Assembly (NCBI RefSeq): GCF_002571385.2
Contig: NW_019217964.1
Location: forward strand, 1 to 64,000
Source of the DNA: Stylophora pistillata
Taxonomy: Eukaryota
Direction: 5' to 3'
Length of the DNA: 64,000 bases
Below are positions 50,213 to 62,814 of this stretch, one piece after another. The notes under the pieces are model-generated. The model worked only from the letters and a program-made list of their open reading frames with translations. It was not told the origin of the DNA and did not search any database. How positions within the stretch are numbered: position 1 is the first letter of the stretch; the number at the start of each line of letters is the position of its first letter. The translations under genes and the position numbers were made by a program.

Positions 50213-50672
50213 ACTAATAATATAAATGAAAAAATTATTCAGTTCTGATTGGTTAAGATAAATGTAGTTTTCAGGTAGTTCAGTGCAGATGAGAGTTAAT
50301 TCAGTGTAGAAGAGGGTTAATTCAGTGCAAAGAAAGTAACAAACCAGACATTCTGATTGGTCAGAATGATTGGTCAATGTCAAGGTCAATGTCACTTGCC
50401 GGGTTTAAATAAATTATTTTTGCATGTGATGCGTACGCTTTTCTTCTGCCTAATTATGATAAGCTACCTGGTATTTTTTTTATCTTTATTATTAATACAT
50501 AATCACATGATTTTTCTCATGCAATTTGGAATAAATAAACACTCGTAAACTTTTTCAAAGACCACAAATTGCACTTGCCCTATGGGCTCATGCAATTTTG
50601 TTATTCTTTGAAAAAATTTGCTCGTGCTTATTTATTCCAAATTGCACTCGAAATCATGTGATTACCTATACG
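50213..50672. mobile_element. Hairpin-ended repeat family C
   Basis: ctgattggtt-containing arm plus palindrome aatcacatgattt..tgcaatttggaataaataa ... ttatttattccaaattgca..aaatcatgtgatt. Confidence 0.7.
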
Positions 50673-51078
50673 AATATATAAAACTTGTATATCTGAACTG
50701 CGGTTATAGAAACGTATTTGTGCACGATTCTCGCAGTAAAGAAATGGAGGAAACATAACATTATACACTTGAAACAAAGTAAAGTTAAAAACGTATTTAT
50801 GCACGATCCTCGCAGTAGAGAACACTATTAAACCGCTAGTTAAAATCAGACCTGATTTTAATTTGATGACCTGCTCTCAGTTGGCTTGTTAGCTCAATTG
50901 GTAGAGTGCTGCACTAGTATTGCAGAGGTCAGTGGTTCAAATCTTGTACAGGCCTGAATTTTTTCAGGTCTGATTTTCACTAGCGGTTAAATAGTGTTCT
51001 CTACTGCGAGGATCGTGCATAAATACGTTTTTAACTTTACTTTGTTATCAAGTGTATAATGTTATGTTTCCTCCATTT
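50673..51078. mobile_element. tRNA-derived element of the same family, monomer with tail-out inverted arms
   Basis: tRNA-like 50883-50955 (+); ~50742-50855 is the reverse complement of ~50964-51078. Confidence 0.75.
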
Positions 51079-52062
51079 TTTAACGTCATGCTGCTTGAAA
51101 AGTAAATGGCAAAAGGTTAGTTCATAGCAGGAATGTCTGTCATGTTAAACAGTGTAGGTGATGTAAATTCCTGCCAAATGCAAAAGATCTTTAAGGTACA
51201 AAATGACACTCCCGCAAACTTTCATGCTAAAAGGCATGTAATTTGTACCGGTATATGCTGGTTGTAGACGTTTTTGTACTTTGTAGTTTTACTCAATCAA
51301 TTTGTTTTGTTTGAATAAAGATGTAAAAAACCTTTATCTTTGTAGTGGAGGAGGGCTTCATCATGGTTATCTTTACTCTGGCCCAGCCTTGGTTGTCCTT
51401 GTTTACAAACCACTGTAACTTTACGTTACAGTACTTCATTTGTACAAGTTTTACATATTGTTGGGAAAGTGATGGTTGCCTTTTAATGTGTCTCTAGTTT
51501 TTCTCTTTTCCTAATTTGTTTAAACAAATCTTCATCACTCTTGGTACCCAGTAGGAATCAAATAATAGCTCCTTATGAAGCTTAAGGTTGAACCAAAATT
51601 AAAGTGGGAAGAAGCTTGAGCCACTTTTAACTCTTCAATTTCTGTACTGAATAACATGTAACTCCCCTTTTGTTGCTTATATTACACAGAAAACAGGTAG
51701 TGAGAAAAACAAAAGAGAAGCCTACCACCAGATTGGTAAATGTAAAGGGAACGAGGTGGAAACTTAATGTGTTGTTATTTACAGCACCTTGGTTTGACAT
51801 TATTGGTGGCTGCCATTGGTGTAAGACTCCAAGCACCTCGTGTGCCACTTGTTTGTTCTTTAACAGCACATTTTGAGGTCGTATTTTTAGTGGATAGACC
51901 CCAGGGATATGAAATCTTTTTTTTTAACTTAACCAACAGGTATCTTCCTTTTCTTTCATCATCCTTGACCCAGTCTCACTCGTCTTCACGCGTTGCACAA
52001 GTAACTTTTCGTCGACTTACTGTTCCTATCGCGTGCGGCGTATGGCCAAAGTAACGGAAGTA

Positions 52063-54043
52063 ATGGTGTTGCTTTACTTCTTCGATTCTAGAGCGAAATT
52101 TTCTTCAACGGCTTACGACTGCTTCTGTTGCCATTTCTTTAAAACTTTCTTTGAGACAAGATTGAGTGAGAAATGAGAGGAACCATCAAACAGTTCTGGA
52201 AGGTCTGATGATACTATTTATTTGAATTCTGAGCCGTTGACTTCTCTTCTCAGGTTATTGTTTCCATATTTGTCGTTCTTTTAACACATTAAAAATAAAG
52301 CAGCTCCCTGGATGAACGACAGTGAGGTTTTATCTTCATTACATTTTGGCTCCTTTCATTGCAGTTTTGAAGCTTTTATGACGAGTGAATAGAACAAAGA
52401 ACTTTTCCTTATCCTTTTCTTCTTTCTTTTCTTTTCTCACCCTTTTTTCCAGTTTCGGGAGGACAAACAAAGTAAAACTGTAGAGCTTATCTGAGAAGTT
52501 TCGTAGCTCACTACAAAGATAAATTTTTTACTTCCGAGAATTCCCTTTGAAAAGGGATTTTTTGGTTCTATTTATTTATTGCTTGAATGTTTTTTCTCTT
52601 TGAAACTCATGAACGTTTTCACATGCTGATTGCGTTTCCGAACAATTCTTATGTCCTTTTTAGTCGTCAGTGTGGATTCCCCAGGAGAGCTGGATGCATT
52701 TTCTAAGTCTGCTACTTGGATTCGAAGTGCTTCCATCGATATTTCTAGGGTGTTTACCCATTTGAGGACACATGAAGATTTTGCTGCTCATGTTGGAGAC
52801 AGGCTGAGGGAAGAAACCAATATGGATCTGGTAGAGTGTGTACCAAGAACTGGCCTGCACCATTTTCTCACATTTTCTGTGGAATATGAGGGTAACGGTG
52901 AAATTATCTTAAAGGGGTACTTAGATCTCACGAAACATCTGAGCAACAAGATTCTTCTCTTACGCAAACCTCATTTCAAGAGAGAAACCTTTGCTATGTG
53001 CGATTCTTACTATATTCTACCCCCAAGTAACGCTTTCGCTATTCGTGCATTTTGGTCATTTCTTCGTATGTTGTGTAATCATACCGGTCAGTCCTTTTAC
53101 AGAATGAAAGATTGTCACCTGACACCTGGATGTCGTTTAGTCTTACTCTGACCTGATGGTGAGGAGGGAGGGGGGGAGGGGTCCAGAACCATCCCGGACC
53201 TCCCCCCCCCCCATTTATCTGCCACATACGGTCGGTACACTGGAAATTAAACTCTCCAAATGCAGGGACTGATTCAGCGAGTTCCGACTATCTTCACGGT
53301 TGTGGCCTGTCCATAGCTCGATTTTTTTTTACAATAGCAATCACTTCTGCATTGAATCAACATTCACCAGGCCAGTTCCTAGAAGCGATAGAAAGAATGG
53401 TTTCGGTTGTTCAGCCTTAAGTTGATCTGAGTCTGTAGTTTTCTGAATTCTTATTCTTCTTCAGGTATGACTCAGGAAGACCTCTTTAGCATCTGGAGTG
53501 AAGAAGCAAAAGCTGCTCTGGAAGCAAAAAAAGTCTGGAACCGTGTTGGACTTGTGGAAAGTGGTGGCAGAACGAAAGGTGATTTAATCTGTCTTGCTGT
53601 CAGTGTGGATTTTGTCAAGCGGGGATTGAGACAGAGAGGGTGGGTTAGGGCTTTCCATTGGCTGCTAACTTGCAAACAAAACACACAAACCGCCTTTAAC
53701 TGAAGGTTCAACTTGTTTTGTCGAACACTTAAAATCGCTAAATCCACGAACTCGCTCGTATTTTTTTCTTTAGAAACCGGGTGGATTTGTGTCAAATTGC
53801 TTTTATGTTTGCATGCGTCGTTTAGCTTTGTATGTCGCAACCGACTAAACGATATTGCTGTTATTTTGCAGATTTTTGCCATTATGTGTGTTGAAAAACC
53901 AGGAGATCTGGACCAGATATCATTTCAATTGCCAATCATGAAGAAGATGGGCGACAAAGTCTATTCGACAAGCTGACGACTGGATCAAAGAAGTTGACAG
54001 AAATATTTATAATTCAATTTGCCTACCAGAGAGTTCTAAATAA
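52063..54043 (+). pseudogene. Muconolactone isomerase-like tandem-domain gene, copy 1 (frameshifted)
   Basis: Collinear with 55233-57894. Exon 1 (52063-52202) is 140 nt with an in-frame TGA; extra A in the run at ~53526-53532; 17-nt deletion (CATATCACATGCAAATC) at ~53961; exon 2 not recognisable. Confidence 0.8.
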
Positions 54044-55232
54044 AACGAAAATAAGACAGTTGAAATAACTGACCGACGGATTAAAAATCAAGTATAGAAA
54101 TAACCTTCACTGGTGAGCTGCAGTTAAGCAGAAGAGACACCTGAAAAAATTAGGCTCGGACGGATGTTTGACAAATAACACGCACGAACGTTTTGTGCGA
54201 TAAGAAATATAAGCAGTAAGCAAAATTTCCGTTCGCGTTATATGATAACCAATAATCTAAGGACTTTTATCATTCCATGACTTCTATGTAATAAACTATT
54301 ACACCATTATTACACTCGTAACCGATTGGTATAATATAATATATAAATGTTATTTTTAACTTACTGCTTACTACCAAGGTTCCTATATTTTTTCGGTTCT
54401 ACGTGGCGTGGAGATTAAAAAAAAAAAAGAAATAAAGAAAGGTGTGTGTAGCAATCAAATCATGTTCAAGCAGCAGACATCACTTTCTATCGGTTTCCAG
54501 GAAAATAAACCGCACCTCGCATCTCACTAGTCACGTGAAGAGTCAGTAATATTTAAAATGCCTCGTCTTCGTTCGTCATTTAGAAACTTTGCTCATTTCA
54601 TACCAATTTTCCAAGTGGTCTAATAGCCCGATAAACCGATAGAAAAAGCTTCCGATTGTCGTCATAAGAAAGTAATGAGTTTATCTTTACAATAGAAAAT
54701 GGGTTTTTGACCAACCAGAACGAGTATATTGACTCAGTTTTTTCATAAAGGCTAATATAGAGTAATGGTTTCCTCTTCGATCGATTTTGATGACTGAAAC
54801 AAGAACTGAGCGAACAAATACATGGAAAAGGATATGTTCAGACTTGGGAAAGATCTGAGCTGCAACTATCATAGAGAACAACATTAACAAAAAAGCAAAA
54901 ATGTTTTCAGAACGGACCACAAATATTGTTCTATTTTTTCCGTTTTGGCTGAATGAATAGGCTACCTATTCAAAATTACGAGATTGACAAAAGCCGATGG
55001 CATAAAAAAAAAAAATCACAATTAGCCTAAATAATAATTAGCAAGTAAGATTAAGCATATTTAGCAAACGGACAGTTAAAACTGGAGGTGATGATTAAAT
55101 TCTCAACAACACGCAGCTCAGCAGCACTGAGTGTTAGTGTCGAATTTGAGACCACTTCCTGTTGCTCCAATTCCTGCATAAGAACTTGTACGGAGTAGTA
55201 TTCTTTGTAACCGAAATTCCATCACAGAAGTA

Positions 55233-57894
55233 ATGGAATTGCTCTATTTTTTTGAATCTACTGCGCAGCTTGATGATGACTATCATGATTCGTGTTTATC
55301 TCTCTACAATGCTTTCAAGTCCTCTCACACGGGAGAGATTTGGAAGATCAGAGAGATTTGGAAGGTCAGTTGCAACTATTAACCTGCTCTCTCTTTCGTG
55401 TGTGATTGCTTGTTTGTAGTTCGTCTTTTCTTAACGGCATAACGGAGTGATGTACGAGTTCAGCGGATCTGTGCGAGATTCTGATGTTTGGTTCAGCGTG
55501 ACATGCACGCACACACGAAACGAACCGCGTCTTTAATTCGATTAGAAGGACTCCGAGTTGTGCGTTTCCGGATATCCTGATATGATGAAATTCGAATATC
55601 ACTGATATTTTGTCGAGCTCGTAGTCGCATAAACTAAGATGTGTAATTAAAGGCTTATAGCATTAAGGATATGCTGCACTGTGTGGTTTAAGTCGCTTAA
55701 CGGTCTTTAATATTAAAGTAAGGGTTATTTGACGAACGTCACAATATGTGATGCACTCTACCTGTAACGTCTCATACACTTGTTGTACTCTATTGTTGCA
55801 GATTCCTGGCGAACACAAGTTGATAGGAGGTTAGAATTTAAGACTGTAAATCGATGGAGTTTTCAATTGCCAAGAAACATTCATAGTAATCTGTGAAAGG
55901 TGACAAAAGTAGGTAGAGAAAAGGAAAGTAGAGGCTTCTCGAAAATACGGTTTATTAACTTATGGGTATCCCATTGGTTTACCAGCTTAATTTTTTGCTG
56001 TGGAATTCAATTCCATTTTTTCACCTACTGATAGATCGCTCTTCTGAACGATTCGTTTCGTCATTTTTCTACAGTCATCAGTGTAGATTCGCCAGGAAGA
56101 CTGGATTCTTGGGCTGAGTCTTCTTGGGAGCATTTGGTAAATGGAATTTCTACTGTTTTCACCCCATTGCGGCCTTACGAAGATTTTGCCGCCAATGTTA
56201 GGGACTGGCTGAAGGAAGATGTCAATATCAGTCCTGAGTATTGTCCATCAAAAAGCGGTCTACATTATTTTCTCACATTTACAGTGGAATATGAAGGTAA
56301 AGATAAAACGTTCTGCACCAAAAATCTTCCATTGACGAGCCTCTCACGTCTTCCCCGCTCATCAATTCAGCGCACACAAAACCTCCAACTACAAAAAGTC
56401 AGTCATTCAGTCAGGCAATCAGGCAGTGAACATTGTCATTCGTCCGTCAGTCTGATTTGAAAGGTTGTTTAAAAGGATGGGGTTTCCCTTGATTTTAAAC
56501 TAGGGCACTCGCAGCGACAGAGGCCCTCTTGTCTACGCGCAGGATAACATTATTAAAATTAAGTTTTTCGAATTATGTTCCTTCTACTAGGCATGACACA
56601 AGAAGAGCTCTTCAAAGTCTGGATTGATGAAGCAAAAGCTGCTCTGGAAGCGAAGAAATCTGGAACTATATTGGACTTGTGGAAAGTGGTGGCACAACGA
56701 AAGGTGATGTCAGTCAGACTCAGTTCCACTCGCTGTTTTTTATTTTATCTAATTTATATTTTGTTTGTTTGTTTTTTTTATTTTTAAGGAGGAGGGACTA
56801 CAACTGGGGTTCAGAACTTTGCATGGGTTTAAGAGCTGTTTCAGATGATACAGCATAAATTGCTCTACTGAACAGCGATTGATCACAAATTAGGCTTAAG
56901 ATACAATGAAATATATGAAGTTCATATATTTTGAACTGCGGTATTAGATACATATGATGCACGATCCTCGCAGTAGATAGCGCTATTTAAGCAATAGCGA
57001 AAATCAGACCTGAAAAAAATCAGGCCTGTACGGGACTCAAACCACTGACCTCTGCGATACTAGTGCAGCGCTCTACCAATTGAGCTAACAAGCCAACTGG
57101 GAGCGGGCCGTTAAGTTGATTCGTAATAAACCCGTGAAAGTGATAAATGAGATACAATGAAATATATGAAGTTCATATATTTTGAACTGCGGTGTTAGAT
57201 ACATATGATGCACGATCCTCGCAGTAGATAGCGCTATTTAAGCAATAGCGAAAATCAGACCTGAAAAAAATCAGGCCTGTACGGGACTCGAACCACTGAC
57301 CTCTGCGATACTAGTGCAGCGCTCTACCAATTGAGCTAACAAGCCAACTGGGAGCCGGCCGTTAAGTTGGTTCGCAATAAACCCGTGAAAATGATAAATG
57401 AGATACAATTAAATATATGAAGAGGTCAGTGGTTCGAGTCCCGTACAGGCCTGATTTTTTTCAGGTCTGATTTTCGCTATTGCTTAAATAGCGCTAACTA
57501 CTGCGAGGATCGTGCATCATATGTAAATTAGGCTTACTACACAATACAGGCCCAACCCGCTAAAGCGGAGACTAAGTTTTTCCCTCTTTTACGCTTATTT
57601 AGTTTACATTTAATTAATATAAAATTTTGTTTCCTTTGGAAATGTGTACTGGTAAAAGTTACACGGCAGCGGGATTGTTGGCTAAAATATCTGATCCGGT
57701 ATTTACAGGTTTTTGCCATCGTGTGTGTTGAAAAACCAGGAGACCTGGACCAGATATCATTTGAATTGCCAATCATGAAGAAGATAGGCGATAAAGTCCA
57801 TATCACATGCAAATCTATTCGACAAGCTGATGACTGGATGAAAGAAGTCGAAGAGAAGATTTTTATCGCGAAATCGACGACAGCCAGCGGTTGA
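55233..57894 (+). CDS. Muconolactone delta-isomerase (CatC/MIase)-like protein with two tandem domains, 226 aa
   Basis: Exons 55233-55364, 55802-55829, 56075-56296, 56591-56703, 57709-57894 (681 nt, open). Domain 2 HYFLTFTVEYEGMTQEELFKVWIDEAKAALEAKKSGTILDLWKVVAQRKVFAIVCVEKPGDLDQISFELPIMKK resembles bacterial MIase-family proteins; domain 1 repeats the WK..G.HK.I.VISVDSP..LD...TPLRPYEDFA pattern. Family assignment is from recall. Confidence 0.75.
56899..57524. mobile_element. tRNA-derived tandem array (about 2.1 x 251 bp) plus inverted arm, flanked by 12-bp TSD
   Basis: Units at 56899, 57150, 57401; inverted piece ~57422-57524; AAATTAGGCTTA at 56887-56898 and 57525-57536. Confidence 0.9.
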
Positions 57895-58812
57895 TGCCGG
57901 GGGCACTGCATATACTAATGAGAGACTTTCAATTCTCAATTCTCTCTTAAAAATGCTTCTAATAGGGGTCTATCCGACATTTTTCAATCGAAATTAGCGT
58001 TTCTACATTAAAGGATTACTATGTTTTGGAAGTCAAAGGACTTGAAAGATATTATTGAGCAACAGGAAATGTAATTAACTGGAATTATGTTACTCATGCG
58101 TAATTCATAAGATCGGAATCAAAATTAGCACAACACTCCATGCGATGAACAGCTTCAGTACAGCGAAAATCCGCTAAAAAACTAGGTTACAAAGCCCTTC
58201 GACTTATTTTTTTTCTTACACAAGCACTCGTTTCCCCAAAGAGGTCAATACTTGGAAAAACATGAAATACGGGATTTTGTCAGCTATTTCGGCCGAGCAT
58301 AAACGACTCTCTATGCCTTGAAATATGTCTCAAATGGACGATCGATCGTCGTAGAAGACGTTCATCGATCTGACGTGGGCAATTTGAAAACACTACCTTA
58401 CATCAGCGTGGTGAGACATGGATAATCATTAATGGTAAACACAGGCGGAGTTAAAGCGTCAGAGAGGCCTTAAGAAGTAAAAAAAAATACCGTCCGGGGC
58501 CGAACTTAGGTACATCGGGGGATCGTAGGAATTCTTGTGAGTGTTGCTTACGTTGTTTTTTAATGATTTAGACGTGGGCATTTTGACTATCCACTTTATC
58601 TTCAAACATATAGCCGCATTTTATTCATTTCTCACATAAAGCTTTGCATATCAAACTGTTTCCCCACTGCGATGGACATTTGTTTTTGTCGGTTCCAGCC
58701 TGGCGAGGCCGCTAACCCAGATGCCCTCCTGAGCAAATTTTCAAAATGGCGGACAAGCCAAAGAGAGAGATAAGAGAATCAAAGCGATTCTGCAACGAAT
58801 ACTCAGCATACA

Positions 58813-58912
58813 CCCCNCTTTCCGAGCTACCCGATTCTTCTCCCACTGCTTTCACGCTTATAAAACAGGAAACGAGCAAAAGGAGGAAGGTGTGGCTGTT
58901 TTGACTAGCCAT
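58813..58912 (-). CDS. Possible first exon of a secreted/membrane protein (signal peptide MASQNSHTFLLLLVSCFISVKA)
   Basis: caaATGG context, hydrophobic core and VKA cleavage-like site, GT donor nearby; downstream exons not found. Confidence 0.3.
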
Positions 58913-59552
58913 TTGACGAGGTTCAATCTGCTCCTTGTTCGACAATTTACATATCAAAACAAAGGAAATTTGTTCCTCTCTTTGATTTTGGCGGTACATT
59001 TTCAATTTGCGCTTGCGTAAGAGAGAAATCGCCCAAGACTCCTTGCTCGGTCTTGTTTTGACCACGAACGCCTTCTTAATTTTGACGGACCCGCTCGGGA
59101 AAAGGTGAAAATGACGAGGGAAAAACTTTACTTTGTAGTACGAAAATACACAAAATGGAAAGCCATGATATTATAGTTCAATATTTCGGTGGTACATTGT
59201 TAACTTTTAATACAGAGAGTCGGCAAGATGATATAACATCCAAAAATCGCACTCGATTTGAGTGGGCCGATGAAGTGGGCGTGGTCACGAAATTCAGTAA
59301 GAGACTTTTTGTACCACGTGAGTTTGATATGGTACGGCAATCATGATTTAAGGTCAGCAAATCTTTCACACTGCGCATGTTCCCCCGCCATTTCGTATTA
59401 GATTTCTCGGCATGCGTAGCGAACTAATAAGATCTGGATTTTTTTCAGGACTTAAAAATAAAATATAAAATACTTGTGAAAACTAGAGAGTCAATCCTTT
59501 TTATTCTTTAAATAAAAAAAAATTACACCTATTAGAACAGCTGGGATTGAAT

Positions 59553-59725
59553 AGCCCATTTCCGAATTACCCTTAACCTCATTATCAAAACGAGTCCTGG
59601 TGCTCATCCTTTCATATGATTATAAGTTTTCATTCACATGCAAATTAAACTCATTTTCACAAGAATGGCCGAGCACCAAGCCTCGTTTTGAAAAAGAGGC
59701 CAAAAGTAATTCGGAAGTTGCCGTT
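59553..59725. mobile_element. Palindromic MITE (partial second copy ~60225-60330)
   Basis: ttccgaattaccctt..cctc..aaaacgag..tggtgctc ... gagcacca..ctcgtttt..gaggcc..gtaattcggaa. Confidence 0.65.
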
Positions 59726-61944
59726 TTAACTAAAGGAAAGAAAGATCGTCGTAGGACCTTCTAGTGAAGGACCAAAAAAAGAATGATGTAAAATATCCAG
59801 GTTATGAATCTCATCTCTCAGATTATTTATCTATTTTCAGTACTTAGTAGAGAAATATTTCAAATCGTTGTTCCTTTAATTCGCCAAACTCCCGACTCAC
59901 GGAGATCCTTCCATGGAGGCCTGGTTTTAAATACCGTCTGAGCCAAAAACCCAGTCAGATCTGAATTCGTTTCGCATCAAAAGACAATTTTGGGCTAGGT
60001 TATTGCCCGAGTGATCTTAAACGCGCCTAATACGCACGGCAGTAAGTTGTAGTCAGAAATGGCTTGTGATTGTGGTTCATTCTTGCATGATTCTCGACTA
60101 AATGTTACGGTTTACAAATGTATTCATTGTTGACTCATTAATATTCATATTTTCGATTATCCGGACTATTCGGGCCAGTCCCCAGTGGTCCGGATAATCG
60201 AGGTTCGACTGTAACCCTAAAGGTCGTTCCCGAATTACCTTTGGCCTCTTTTTCAAAACGAGGCGTGGTACTCAACCATCATTTGCACGTGAATAAAATT
60301 TATAATCATTTGAAAGGATGAGCACCAGGAATATAAGGAAAAATAAAGCATTTATTATTTATTATGTAACTGCGCGAGCGTTTCCCATAAAGCCTTTGGA
60401 TCTCATTGTTTATGAATCATATTTTTCAGGTGTCAAGGTTTTTGCGATCGAGTGTTTACTTTGCAATATTGCTCCGTGATTTAGTACCTACCACGATACG
60501 CAAATGGCAAGTTAAGCATGGGATCGATGATAGGCCCAGACTTCCCTGAGTTACCTCGATTAAAAATGCGCTTTTCATGAGCCGGCGGCTAAGGTAACTA
60601 TCAAGCTGTATGCAGGATGGTTCGGGGAAGGTGTCGTTCACCTGGAAAAATCTCAGCTCTTATTGTCTTAAGCTGCAAACCATGCAAGTTTTGATCCACT
60701 TATGATCATGCCTTATTCATTTCAAATTGCAATGAAAATCCATTTGATTACTTGGTAAAACTTAACATTTTGTTTCCAGTGCAGTTCGTTTTAAGCTTTT
60801 TGTTAGCCCCATTTCAGCTTTTAGCTCTGTTTAGAATAAAAAAAAAAGCTAGTCAGCCGATGGACATGCTGGAATTTTTGCATGAAAGGCTTGAGTGCGA
60901 TTTTTCAAAACCGCCCTCTTGTGCATTCAACTGTTGACAAGTGGTGAACCATTAAATGATAAATAAAAAAAAATACATGAAAACTCAGTATAAAAAACTC
61001 AATATCGTATCCATGAGAACACCGTTCGGGTGGCGAGCTAAAGTTAAAAGTACGACCATTCACGCAAGTTCCGAGAGAAACTTAATAATACTCAGCTTTA
61101 AGCGTTGCCGAAATGCATTACGATGAATGGTCCACTTTTACAGTACATACAGTTGTTTATGTAAATTGTTTGGAGCAAAAAGTACGTTTTAGCATAATCA
61201 TCGAATGCAGATAATTGAAAAGCGTTGATCGGACACGCCGCTCGGACGCAAGGTTGCCAGACCACTCACGACCTTTAGCAAGTGCTTACAGTTACAACTT
61301 TGTTCCAGAGGAGGTCACAAGTTTACTGACGGCGCCATGGCACTTCTATACTACTTTGAGACCACCATTGACTTCTGCGGGAAAGACCAAAACAGTTTTT
61401 TCAAAAAATGGCTTGAAATAGCCCAGAAGTTCATTGCTTATCCATCCAAAGCGACGGGAGTGGAAATCAAGCAGTTCTGGAAGGTAATTTATGAATAGAA
61501 ATCGCTTCTGATCTAAGTGTTGACGACCAAGTTATTTTGCAGTTTGAACAAGCTTGGAAAATTTGTCCTCCTAAGAAACAAAAAAATAAAATTTTGGAAT
61601 CGCTTAACATTTCTAAACAAGCATCTGATACTATGAAGAAGTTTGAAAGAACCTTACAGTAGAAATTCAGTGAACATTTCTGATTGTGAAGAGTTTGACG
61701 ACCGCCTTGTTGGTGTTAATCAATAGCTGACATGGTGGGTATAAAATAAAAGAAGAGTAGTTTGTAACAATGCCAGACTTGCAAAAGGTAACCGAATCTT
61801 ACAACGTTTTAGTATGTTACTTTTACTGCCCCTTTCGATCGGATCGTGTGGGTTAAGAATTTGCGATCAAAAGCGAAGGAGATGACATTCTGTGTACCCG
61901 TGAAAAGAATAGAGCCGTAGTTATGTACTTTGTATTTTTGCGCT

Positions 61945-62814
61945 CTTTGGAGCTGTTGTCTTTCTCATGACACTACGGCTTGGTTAATAACGTGCATATA
62001 TCATAACTGTTTCCTAAAGCAAGAAGGTACTAAGATTGTGAAGTCAGGCTTAAAATTCCACTGTTTTACTAATCGAGTATCTTTTAACATATTTATTTTT
62101 CATTTTGAGCTCCTGGTCGGCATGGAAGACATGGAACGGAGAAACCTTTAAATCTCAAAGCTCATGTACGGTTAAACTGATCGAGGACTTTCAAATTAAT
62201 CGCAGAGGAAATATTTTAGAGCGAGGCATTTGTCTGCCGACGTCATAAGCGTGCACAATAAGACTGGAATACGAGGTACAATCGCGCATATTGAATTTTG
62301 TTTTAATGTCATTTTCATTGTTTGAAGCAACGTTGCGTGACAACCACACATCCAAAAAAAAAAATGCACCTTTCTTTTTGCTTTCCACATTTCTTCTAGC
62401 CTACAAGCAGGCCCTCTTAGGCAAAAGCATTTCTTCGCTTACACTGCAGGGGATCAAGCCAGTTAAAAAAAAATCGATATGCGCGATTGTACCTCATATT
62501 CCAGTCCTATTGTGCACGCTTATGACGACAGTAGACAAATGCCTCGCGCTAAAATATTACCTCCGCGATTAATTCGAAAGTCCTCGTTCAGTTTAACCGT
62601 ACATGAGCTTTGGGGTTTAAAGGTTTCTCCGTTCCATGCCGACCAGGAGCTCAAAATGGAAAGTAAATATGTTAATAGATACTTGATTAGGAAAACAGTG
62701 GAATTTTAAGCCCGACTTCATAATCTTAGTACCTTCTTGCTTTAGGAAACAGTCATGATATATGCGCATTATCAACCAAGCGTAGTGTCATGATAAAGAC
62801 AACAGCTCCAAAAA
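61945..62814. repeat. Long inverted repeat (~350-bp arms, ~170-bp spacer), foldback-like element
   Basis: ~61945-62299 is the reverse complement of ~62469-62814 with scattered mismatches and small indels. Confidence 0.85.
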
